Below are positions 13,740 through 25,333 of a stretch of 64,000 nt of DNA, piece by piece. The stretch spans positions 28,272,001 to 28,336,000 of the forward strand of contig NC_059438.1 in the NCBI RefSeq assembly GCF_021028975.2, read 5' to 3'. The stretch is from Sphaerodactylus townsendi. Lineage: Eukaryota. The notes under the pieces were generated by a model, which was not told the DNA's origin, did no database searches, and saw nothing but the letters and a program-made list of their open reading frames with translations. The position numbers and the translations under genes were made by a program. The number at the start of each line of letters is the position of its first letter. The first letter of the stretch is position 1.

Positions 13740-14900
13740 TAAAAACAGTTCATCCACCAAATGTCCTCTGAAATTGCACCATTTTGCAATCCTTCTTGAA
13801 TGCGCTAAGTGAAAGTACATTCCACACCCACATTGGAAGGACTGGACATAGCACAGAAAAATCCCACAACCTGATTGTTGCCAGATGGGCAATCCTAAAA
13901 GAGGACACTACAAGGAGAAAGTTGTCTGAAGAACATGGCCGGTACAGGGGAATATACCAGGAGATATGCTGCAATAAGTATGAGATTCCTAGGCTGAGAA
14001 TGTGATAAACATCAATTTGAATTTAGCCTGGAAGTAAATACAGAACCAGTACAGTTGACACCATGGTGAAGTTATATATTCCAAGCAATTGACGGAATTT
14101 TCACTGCTGTGTTTTGTGCTAATCAAAGCTTCCGAGATTCCTTCTTACAATAGTCCAGTCTGGAGTTTAATAGTAGCATAGAAAAGAACAGCTCAGTTCT
14201 AAGGGGGAGGCAGTTTGCAAGGAACATGTAACTCAAAGAAGGTACCCTTAGCAACAGCTTATTTATCCATTGATGCATCTGGGTCCATGGGCACCCGCAA
14301 ATTCTTAGCTAAAGTTCTCTTTAATAGACTGTTAATCCTGTACCAACCAAACACTCTGACTTCCCAGCCTCTGAACATATCTTGCCTTGAAATCCCTACC
14401 GGGGCTGCCATAAGTCAGATGTGACACAAAAATAATAATGAAATAATAATTTAAAAAATTACTCTTGCTTAAATTTTAGCCAGAGATCATAATCCAAGAC
14501 CAATAGTGATGTTCTAGTCCTGATGCCAGACTGAAATGAACCAAAATTAGTAAAAAAAATTAGTCAAAATCCAGAAAAATCAGGGGTTATTTTCCTGTAA
14601 CCTGCTCTGTCACCTTGTTCCAAAAGGGGAGAGTGAGCGCAAGTCAGCACATTCTGGGTACCCAAAGATGATTTCTCAAAGAAGTCTAATCACATCTTCT
14701 TTCAGCTGTGAAGGGAATACCCTTTGGGAGAACAGCATATTAATCTTCCTTTGGAGAGTTTCCAGTTTCTCCCAGCACTGTTTTAATAGTCAGGATGGCA
14801 AGGATCCAGTATAAGGTAGTTGCTTATACTGCTACTGATGCGTTGGGTCATGTTAATGTTTTTGAGCCGCTGTAAATAATGCAAGATCTTCCTCGAGTCA
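13740..14900 (-). mobile_element. Degenerate L2 LINE
   Basis: Minus strand ctccagactggactattgt (SRLDYC) and an L2-like 3' region; many stops. Confidence 0.55.
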
Positions 14901-15339
14901 TAAATCTTTCTCACTTACCCCTTGATCAGTTCCTCCTTTCTAGACTTTTAAAATTTATTCTCCATATGCAATGCTGAATTGTCTTACACAGGAGGGAACA
15001 TATGGATCCTTGAACTTTTCTACAGTTGGACTTGGACTTTTCTACAGTTACTTGCTAATCAAATTAGCATTGAATATATGTGAAAGCAATTTTTCTGAAA
15101 ACTGTGTGGGTGAAAACACTATTAAATAAGTAACTGTAAATTTGTTGGTTAATTCAACTAGGATTTTATTTGTTTTGGGGATAAATCCATCGTGTACTTT
15201 GAGATTGAAAAAGTAAGGGTGGAATACTTGAAGGCTGGAAAAATCAGTGGCAGTTGCTGTTTGTTATAAGCAAGTGGAGGTTATTTTGGTTGATTGATGT
15301 CTGTCGATTAAGAAGGTAGCCGTGTTCGTCTACAAAACA

Positions 15340-15480
15340 AGTTAGAGTTGAGCCAGTAGCACCTTAGAGACCAGCAAGATTTTTGGGGACTTTTGAGAGC
15401 CAAAGCTGATGAAAAGAGCTTTGAGTTTCAAAAGCTCATAGCCCAAAATCTTGTTGGTCTCTAAGGTGCTGGTGGACCGT
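15340..15480 (+). mobile_element. Penelope-derived palindromic element with a decayed hammerhead core
   Basis: Inverted ends agcaccttagagaccagcaagatttt / aaaatcttgttggtctctaaggtgct enclosing CTGATGA...caaaagctca. Confidence 0.65.
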
Positions 15481-15964
15481 AATCTTGATAGATGCATGTG
15501 ATACATGTACTCTTGTGAGGAAGTTAAGATTGTCAGTGACTCCCCAGTACATGTACCCTAATTAGAGAACAGGTTTTGTTGCTTCAGAATACTTTTAAAC
15601 GTCAGTTTCAGCTGGTAAAAACTTGGTTCATATCTAGGCATCCTCTTGGCATCTTCCACAACAAAACCAATTAATGCTAAGAAGAGTTCTCTTTGCTGTT
15701 TTCTTGTATGAGCTTTACTGAGATACAGGACAGTTGCGGCATGCATTCTAAAAGAAACCTTGGGTGCATTAGAAATCTGGTGGAGTATTGAGAATAGCTT
15801 TGATAATAGTTTATCCCTGGATTAAAAATCTGTAGAAGGGATGGGGAAAGATGGATTTTTGGAAAGTGTTGCTAAATATGATTATGGACAAGAGAGACAA
15901 ACGAACTAGAAAAGAGAAGCAAACTTTAAAGAGGATCACAACAAATCGAATTTGACCGTTTTAA

Positions 15965-16439
15965 AGCGGATTCTGCACAGGCCAAAATAATTGTTGTTGG
16001 CCTGGTAAAAACACCAGTTGGGGGAGGGGAACTTCTCATGGCTGCCACCTCCAAATTGAGGCAGTGCTGCTCTCCCCCTTCAATGGTGTTTTCTTGACTC
16101 GCCAAATGAGCGAGTCTATTGGCACTGTGTGGACGCTGCTGTTTTCTGGCACACTGCATTTTTTTTACAAACTTACCTCCTCGTCCCTGCATAGCTCCGT
16201 CAGGACGAGGGGACACGACCCCTGCTCCAACCGCCCGGGCCATTGCCAGGGCCATGAGGGCATGTCCCCTAATCCTGACTATGCAGGGACGAGGAGGTAA
16301 GTTTGTAAAAAGCAGCGGTGCACCTCGTGGAGAGGAAGCTTCGGGGCTGCTCGCGCACACGTGTGCGGACAGCCCCAGACCAGTGCCGATGTCATGCACA
16401 CCGGTGCCCCGCCGCTCCCGGGCCCATGCAGTATCTGCC
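15965..16439. mobile_element. PIF/Harbinger-like MITE, 475 bp, with an internal perfect 33-bp inverted repeat
   Basis: TIRs gcggattctgcacaggcc / ggcccatgcagtatctgc related to the 12837 MITE; TAA TSD at 15962-15964 and 16440-16442. Confidence 0.8.
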
Positions 16440-16739
16440 TAAATGTGGTAATGGCTAGAAACTGGATGGCTGAAGGATAGCATGCAGATCCTTTTAAGCA
16501 ATTACGTAATGAAGATTGCTGACATTATTTGTTGTTTTTATGCTGCATTTCCATCAAACTTGGTCATTAGGGTGGTTTACATTAATAAAATCCAGATCAA
16601 CGATAAAACATTAAAATTACAATTAATAACAAGTAGCTGTGAGTATCATTTAAAAGAGTTGTTTGAACAGCAATTTAAAAACAGCTGCAGAAACTGTAAT
16701 AGATAAATGAATGATCATAAATTGAGGAGAATAAGGCAG

Positions 16740-17260
16740 ATATAATTAACAAATATAAGCCAGCAACTTATTGCAGGAGTACCCAAAATGGACTCAGCTG
16801 CAGAAATGCTCCTTTCTCTGGTAGCCACTTTCTGAAGGTGGAGCATGCCCAAAGAAGAGCTTCCATTGACTGACTGTGCTTGCAGGCAGATTCCCAGGAG
16901 ATAAGGTCCTTTGGATACTCCAGTCTCAGATGTTTAGGGCTTTAAAGGTCAAACCAGAGCTTGAAATTGTGCCCAGAAGCCAACTGGCAGCCAATAAAAT
17001 GTATTGTAATACCAGATGAAACATATTTGCATATTTGCTCAACCAGTTGATATTGCAAGGCTCTGCAAAGGTAACCTCATCTACAAGAAATTGTAGCAAT
17101 CAAGCTTTACCATTAGTAAAGCATGCCTAACTGTGACAAGGTCATCCTTTTCCAGGAGATAGCTGATGTATTAGCTGGAGAAGATAGCTGATGTATTAGC
17201 TGGAGAAGATAAAAGGTTCCTCAAGCTACAGATGCCATGTCTGTGTTGATAAGCATCTAA
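16740..17260 (-). mobile_element. Degenerate L2 fragment containing a 25-bp tandem duplication (17157-17206)
   Basis: tttagggctttaaaggtcaaaccag...gcccagaagccaactggcagcca is an L2-like 3' region; similar fragment near 22330-22500. Confidence 0.55.
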
Positions 17261-18124
17261 TAGCATCTTCATGGTCTTTGAAAGTGTGTGTGAGCTCATC
17301 CATCACAACTTAGATATTACCACCATGTTCAGTTATTTGTTAAAAATTGTTTCTGTACAAACCTTGCACAAGTAAAATGAGTTTGGCTTACAAAAGTGTG
17401 GCTAAATTTTTTAAGCAGTCCTAATGCATCTTTGTTAATATAGAACTTGATAGTCAAAAATCCATGAAGCTCTGCCAGCAAACTTATTCAAGGTAGCAGC
17501 TCTTAAATTAACCCAGTTTCCATAATTTGTGAAAGACAGGGTGAGGGTGCTGCTTGAATATACACCAGAATCTCTTTCTAGAGCTGTTACTGGAAAAAAA
17601 AATCTATGGAATGGGCCCCGACAGCCCTTGCTTTCCTGAGGGAAGGGATGGCCCAGAGAAGTTGGCTCAGTAAATGAAACGGGAGCGTAGACTTGTGTAA
17701 GGATTGGTGGTCCTTTAGTTTTACCTAGATTTAGCTACTGTTTTAGCCCCTATAAATTTTGTTACTAAAAGTTTGTGCAGTGTAGTGGTCAGAATGTCCG
17801 ACCAGGGCTGGGAAAAACCATTATTTGCAGTCACACTCGCTGATGGAGCTTGTATTCGGAGTCCCACTCAATGGTGGAGCTTGTAACCTTGAGCTAGTAA
17901 ATTTTGGCCTAATATACCTGAGAATAAAATAGACTTAGAGGCTCCAGTTGGTACACAATGTTATAGCTTGGTTATAATCAGGAGCTAGATGGAATGTCTG
18001 TATTACTCACATCTTGCTGTTCTTCTGGCTGTCCATTAGTTACTGAGTTCAAATCAAGGTACTGGCTATTACATACAAAACCTTTTCAATGTGATACAAA
18101 ACCTTGTGTATATACCTTTGTTTC

Positions 18125-18460
18125 AGAGCAGGATTGGCGTAGTGGTTAAGAGCAGGTGCACTCTAATCTGGAGGAACCGGTTTTGATTCCCCACTCTCCT
18201 GCCTGAGCTGTGGAGGCTTATCTGGGGAATTCAGATTAGCCTGTACACTCCAACACATGCCAGCTGGGTGACCTTGGGTGAGTCACAGTTCTTCTGAGCT
18301 CTCTCAGCCCCACCCTTCACTTAGGGTGTTTGCTGTGAGCGGGGAAGGGAAAGGAGATTGTAAGCCCCTTTGAGTCTCCTATAGGAGAGAAAGGGGACAT
18401 ATACATCCAGACTCCTCCTCCTCCTCCTTCTATTACTATTACTAATACTACCACCACCAC
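18125..18460 (+). mobile_element. Squam3-type SINE
   Basis: tggcgtagtggttaagagcagg...ctctaatctggaggaaccgg; simple-repeat tail. Confidence 0.85.
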
Positions 18461-21109
18461 CCGCAGGAATGCCCCACTATATTCTGCCATGACAGTTTCG
18501 CTCATGTGTCATTCCTGCAGATATAAAAGGGACAGAGCCTGCAAATGGGCAAGATAAACATGTGCATTCTGCTGTGGTTCTCACCCTTGCAGAATGGCCC
18601 ATTTGAGGAGGCCAGCAAAGCTCCCATGTTCCACAAACTATGTAAAATAGAGTCATTCAGATGGGCATTTTTAGAAAGGTAATACTGTTGTATTATAACT
18701 GGATGATTCAAGAAGATGCTCTGGTAAAGGGATAGTCAAGTCGCTGCTGGTGTGTGATGACTCCATAAGGTTTTCAAGGCAGGAGATGTTCAGAGGTGGT
18801 TTGGCATGGCATACTGTGTAGCGACTCTTGTATTTCTTGGTGGTCTCCCATCCAAATACTAATCAGAGCTGACACTGCTGAGCTTCCAAGATCTGATGCA
18901 ATTGGGCTAGCCTGGACTATCCAGATCAGGGCAGAAGGGATATAGTGTGCCTTGAATCTTGGTGAGAAAGGTGGGCTATAAATAACATACAGTAGAAGTA
19001 GTGGAGAATTTTGTTGCCCTTGGCAAGATGATCTAATTGCCACAATGAACGTAGATGAACACTTGATCCCTGTTTGGAGCTCAATTCATCTGTGGCCCAG
19101 GACTGTCTGTTCAGATACTTTTCTTCTTCTTACCATGCAACCACTGTGCTGCCCTAAGGCGTAATCCTTCCATTGTAATTTGGTGTGGAAGCCTGGCTTT
19201 GCCCAGGTATTGTGGCCTTTGTTAACGTCCTTCTTTTCTATGTGTACCCTCCTTTTCTCCTTAAAAGGATACCAAAGCAGTTTACATCATTTTCCTCATA
19301 TCCTTTTATCCTCACAAACATCCTTCACAAACATCCTGTAATACAGAGTGTGTGACCGACTCAAGGTCGCCCAGCAGTTTCCATCCAAGGGATGGAGAGA
19401 GGTAAGGTTGGAGGGAAAGCTGGAGTCGCTGAGCTGAAGTGCGTCCTGTCTTCTGTTCCCTAAATCAGCAACCCAAAACAACTGAAAAAATGCACCCAAA
19501 GGCTTACTAGAAAACATCTAGTGAGCAGCTAGCAAAGGGGAAGATGAGAGCTGAATCGAAGGCAAACTTAACAAGCTGTCCCCCCAAAAATCTGCAGTCC
19601 CTGGGGGGCAATTAAAATTATTCCGGAGATTGTTAGCATTGTGTGCATAATCCTGGGACAATTGGAAGGGTTCTACCTCTACACCAGAGTACTTCCCATT
19701 CTGGTTAGCTTGGACCATGTTTTGTGAATCAGCAGTGGATTCGTTGTTATTTACATTTCAAGAATCTATTCTCATAAGGACATTTAAAGACATGCTACTT
19801 TGTATTAGAATCATGTATTTATATATTATAGAGCCTAAGAGAATATTCATTTGAGTTGAAATTGTATGTTGAGTCTTGCATTTTTGGTAGACTCTTGTAT
19901 TGAGGAAACTGAAAAGTCAACTTGTTTGTGCTCTTGATATTAGATGCTTGTTTACTGACACATTTGTTGACTTGTTTTATGTATGATAATTGTGAATGCG
20001 TACTTGTGTGTCTCTCAGATTGCGCTGTGCGAGATAGTGATTGGAAACTTCTCACCTAGTGAAGGTTTTTCATTAGCCTCTTGCAGCATGGTCGCTTTTA
20101 GACATTTTCTAGTCAGCCTTTGGATGCAATTTTTGAGCTGTTTTGGCCCTTCTCTTCCCAGGCTACCTTTGAGTCAGTCTTTCAGAGAAAATATACTGGG
20201 ATGGAAGGTGTGAATGGATTCGGGAGCTCTGATTGTGGCGGTGGGGGGGGGAGGTTGGTTTTGAGAGTCAAGATGGTTCTTGCCTGTTGTCCAATCTCTT
20301 TCCTACTCTCAGCCATGTGAATGAAGATGTTCTCTTGCCCCCCACCCCCACTTCTGTCAAGTTTGTGCAATGCAAAATCATGTAGGGATATAAAACTTCC
20401 CATTTGTTTTGTCTTGGTGGAAGACAGAAGATGCTGATTTTGCTTGTGTAGCTGAAATGAATACCTACCAGTGGTATACTATCTTAAATTGTTCCTACCA
20501 GGTGACCCAGGTGTGTAATCCTCTAGCAATAACTTGAGTGACAGTTGGGGGTTGCTTTGGTTTTTTGTGTGTCTCTTTTCATAGCTTCTCTATGCAAACA
20601 GTTGTCAGTCCTGATTGTACCTTGTGGTGGGTGCCAAAGACAGTCTGGGCCTGTTGAGTGCTCGGCTGATCCTTCATTAGTGGATGATGGATGTGGAAGG
20701 CAGGTGCCTATTAGTCTGTTGTAGAAAAACACACATTCCTGAAAACATTGATAAGGTTACACACAGTTCATAGGGCAGTCATATTTCCCCCCAGTAGAAC
20801 CAAGATCTGATATTTTTCTTTTCCAAGTTCCCTGTAGAGAAAATGGGAGAATTCTAATAACTAGGAGCAGCTGGTATGCATCTTTCTCCTTGAAGGGGTG
20901 TCTTTCTCTTCTTAAAGGAAAATAAAATTGCTGCAAAACTGCTGTTGGGTGACTGTTTCAATTGTCTCTTTCTCAGTCCAGAGGTGACCTTCTTGCCAGT
21001 GGCCTGTGTGTCCCTGAGACTGCCAACCTTGTATCCATCCGTCTTAAACTGCTGGGTGCAAACTAACACTGAAAGAAATCTTACTTCTAATCACTCTTGT
21101 GTATTTAAG

Positions 21110-21211
21110 CCAGTGAAGAAAAAGAAGATAAAACGAGAAGTTAAGATTTTGGAGAACTTACGAGGTGGAACCAACATCATCAAACTGGTCGACACTGTTA
21201 AGGATCCAGTG
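21110..21211 (+). CDS. CSNK2A2: CSNK2A2 exon 3 ([34 protein letters not shown])
   Basis: CK2 basic cluster; AAG acceptor, gtatgt donor; 102 nt. Confidence 0.97.
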
Positions 21212-21764
21212 GTATGTGCTTATATGACCTTCCTTTCTCTGTGTGTGTGTGTCTGTTTTATTGTTTTTAATTGCTTTTGTACTTTGTATTGGAAAGTTTT
21301 TTTAAAATCACTCTCTACCTTGGGGGATCTTAAGGAACGTGAAAAGATGGTATTAAAATGATTCAAGTAAATATGTGGTGGGGATATTGGGATGGTTTGG
21401 CTTAATTGCATAAGTGGGTTTTGGGAACTGTTGAGTTTCTCATAGAGCATTTTTTGTGCATTGTAGATATAGCACTTATCCAGTTTGGGATTTTTGTGCT
21501 GATTTCCTAATAGTGTTAAGTTTGCTATCTTGCATTGCTTTTAACCCACAGTTAAGGTCACAGTTTCGAGTAGGATGGGAATGATTGAAATAAATTGAGA
21601 CTTTTAATTTCTTGCACTTATCTGTAGAAAGTGAAGTTCATGCTAATACTTCATCGTTACTCTTTGAGTCTTGGGGGTTGTATTCAGTGGAAGGGTAGAA
21701 TAATTGGGGTGGAGGGAGGTTTATAGAACGATGTGACTGAACGATGGCTTTTTCTGTCTTACAG

Positions 21765-21815
21765 TCGAAGACTCCAGCACTAGTATTTGAATACATCAAT
21801 AATACAGATTTTAAG
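21765..21815 (+). CDS. CSNK2A2: CSNK2A2 exon 4 (SKTPALVFEYINNTDFK)
   Basis: 51 nt, canonical splice sites. Confidence 0.97.
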
Positions 21816-24800
21816 GTGAGTCTTTAGCTTTCTGTACATATTAAGTTTCCTAAAAACACTTGGAGAGAGATGTTGAAATACAAGGATTTGGTTGGCCTCA
21901 TGTGTGCTGTTAATAATTACTGTATCTTGAGCAGGGAAAATACGATCAATCTCTGTGGCACTGCAGCTAAGGGCCAGACTACAAGGGATGGTGGGCCGTC
22001 CTGGCCCACACCATTTTAGAAGCATGTGTAGCCCTTTAAAAATTGTCACAAAGCCTTGACCTGTATTGGGTGCACAGTGGAGCCAAACCCAGGAGCTGTT
22101 GTCTCCCCTTCCCACCCCTGGTTCCTGTTCAAGTGGAGAAATACCCCCCCCCCCCATGGCTATTTCTGCACTTGGGGAAAGTGTAGGGGGTGGGGGGAGG
22201 CAAGACCTGTTGGGACTGTCCCAGCTCTCAAATGGGTATCCAATCCAGATTTTCTAGCATTGGTGGAAAAAATACTCATCTTGGTACATCTCAGTTATTA
22301 ATCACATTTTGCTTTATTTTAAACTAATGGAAGCTTTCAGGCTTTAGGGACAGCCCATGTATGGCACATTGCAGTAATCTAACTTGTCCATCACAAAAGC
22401 ATGGCCATGCCATCTTCCTTGCTGGCACACCAGCCTAAGTTGGTGGAAGTAGCATATAGCGCTTGGGTCTCCAAGGTGTTACAGATCTAATAGCACCCCA
22501 ATCTGGACACATCCTTATTTAGGAGGGAATGCAGCCTTGCTTTTTAAGCTACCTGCCAGTGGTCCTTCTGTCTCATCTGGCTCACGTTTCAATGTATTGA
22601 CCCTTAGCAGCTCAGGTTTGTGGAAGAAAGAACTGTGTGGGGCGGGTTCAAAGGGTGTGGTGCAAGAGAAGATTATATTTAATTTCCCAGCTAGCCTGTC
22701 TTGGTGTAGCAACAGTTGCTGTATTTCCAAGCTTATCCCGCTGCCGTGATACTCTGTTTACAGCAGTGTTGTTGGGATGGTATGCCTGGGTTTTTCTTTA
22801 TATAGTACAGGTATAGAACTGCAGCTTGTAGAGAAAGGTGGTTTAGGCTTGGGCTGGCCTTGAGCGGAAAAGTCTTCCTGCTCATCAGTGGAGATCATTG
22901 ATGCATTTGAGACTAAATAAAACTCAAGCAGCTGCTATGACTCCTCGGTCTCCCCCTCTTTAATTTTGGTTATAAAAACCTGCAGAGAGTTCTTCCACAT
23001 TATCTGCCTCTTGAGTAGGCAAGGCCTGGCTTACAAAAGCTTAAGCTGAATTAAACTCTGTAGGTTTTTAGGTGCCACTGGACTTCACTTTTATTTTGCT
23101 ATAGTAGATTAGAGATGCAAAATTTCTGGAAATTTTCAAGCCACGGGGGGATTTTTTCCCCCTATTTTACTTTTTGCTGGGGAAAAATGGAAACATTCGG
23201 GAAAATTTAATTCTTTGCAGTACTTACTCTTCAATCAAACGGGAAGTTGAAAGAAATTGCAGCTGCATTTAACTTGGCACTCTTAACCATATAGACCATG
23301 CTGAGCCTGTAACAAGTGTTTGCACAGTCTGAGTTGTGGTCTTATGCTTTTTGGCAGTTTCTTTTAGCACCTTTTACAGTCCCAGTCACAATTATTCAGA
23401 TGCTGAGAAGCTCATTGTATTTTAACTGGATGAACCAATGTAAGAGGGTTGCCTCTCACTAAACTTTTGAAACAAGTCTTCAAAATCTCAGAACACAAAT
23501 TCAATATCGAATGTAGAAGATCGCAAATAGGACATAAGCGCCAAAAGCAGTACCAGTTTCACATTAGCTACCTTTCCTTTCCAATGTAGCCATTTAGATC
23601 TTTAATTGGTCACTGCATTTATGCAGCAGAACATCGCAGTTGGAAAAGGAATTAACTGTCTTAAGGGGAGGCAGGGGGAGAAATTAAGTCACTGTACCTT
23701 GGGATGAAATATCTGTAAAAGCACACCTATGATTCCTCTCAGGTTGGCCATCTGGAACTTTAAATCTTGTTTAATAAAGAACCCTCAGGAATCATTTGCT
23801 TGTGGGGCTCAATTTATTATTGTGTGAATGCTGACGAGATGGTCCATGTGATATGTCTCTTACATCCCCTGTTGCTCATATATGGAACAACAGCAGCATT
23901 AAAATCTCTAGCCAGCACTGAAGTAAGAAAAACGTAAGCTAAAACTTCAGTGACCTATTTTCTAACATCTATAATCTGTAATATTTGGTTCCCTTTGGAG
24001 TTGTGTAGAGGTTCAAGATTCCATGGGGAAAACAGAACCTTACCCTACTGCCCAAACCAGTGGGAAATTCACGTCGTTTGTATTCAAATTCTGTTTTAAG
24101 CTAGTCAAAATGGCTCCCCATACACAAACTCTCTGCCATCATGAAGAAACTTTTTGCTGAAATAAGTCTGTGCCCTGGGTAATTTTTTTTTTGATTCCTG
24201 AGCCCAGTTCTCTTGCAGACTATATCATGGGCATTCATTATATCTTCTTTCCAAAGGGTATGGTGTTCTGCAGCATTCTAAGAAAGCAGTAAAATGTAAC
24301 TAGACCCTGCAGATAATGTAACTAGACCCTGTAGATAACTGGGGATTGGGGGGAGGATTGTTGATTGGCAGAAAACTGGGTCCTGATTTCTTTTGGGACA
24401 CTTTTGCTGTAACCTGCTGGCATGCCTTCTTTTATTCTATTTAAAGGGTTTAGTAGTCTCCATACAGAGATACCCAGAAGCACTTAATTTCTCCACCGAG
24501 TGCTAGAGGCTGGCTCAACTGGAATACTATCTGGATTCTTGAAATCTGTCTTACCTTATAAACCAAGTCCCCTCTACAGTCATCCCTCTCACATTGCGGT
24601 TTTGACTGATCATGGGTGGAAAGTCACAGCAGTGCTTACCTGGTGGCCCAGGGCAGTGGAGAGGCCCAGGAGGTGGCAGGGCTGCCAGTGAGAGTCGATG
24701 GAGCAGCGGCCTTAAAGGACCAGGAAGAGATAGAGCAGGCCAGAGGGTGGAAGGAAGAGTCTGGCCATGAGGACAGGGCTTGGGCTGGAAGTGGGGAAAA

Positions 24801-25273
24801 TGATTGGGGAGAGCAAAAACAATTTTATGTGGTTTCCACATTGCGGGGGCGTGCACTCCTAACCCTTGCAATGTGGGAGGGACAACTGTATCCTCTTAAA
24901 TGTACACTTTTGTAGTTCAGTCAGTGGTGAAGGCAAAGTTCCAAAGTTCCAGACTCCAAGGGTAGGTTCCTCCTTGAGTCATTAAGGACTACTGCATGAA
25001 ATTTGGTACACTCTCTCAATTAGTGGGGAGAAGTGCTTTGAGCCTATGACTGCTTCTGACTCTTTAAAGGGTAGCCTCAGCTTTCTCCTTCATTGCTGTT
25101 AACTTCTATTCTCAGGGGAGAGGAGTTCACTGTCAACCTTATGCCATGCGTGACCTTTTCCATAAGTTTACAGAGGGCAAAATAGTCCTTCTGCCAGACT
25201 TTTAGAGCAAGTGCTGAATGCTGACAGAAAAAGTACAGTATTGACTTTCTTTTCTTTTTCAAATCCATTTCAG

Positions 25274-25333
25274 CAACTATACCAGATCCTGACAGACTTT
25301 GATATTCGGTTTTATATGTATGAATTGCTCAAG
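25274..25333 (+). CDS. CSNK2A2: CSNK2A2 exon 5 (QLYQILTDFDIRFYMYELLK)
   Basis: 60 nt, canonical splice sites. Confidence 0.97.
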
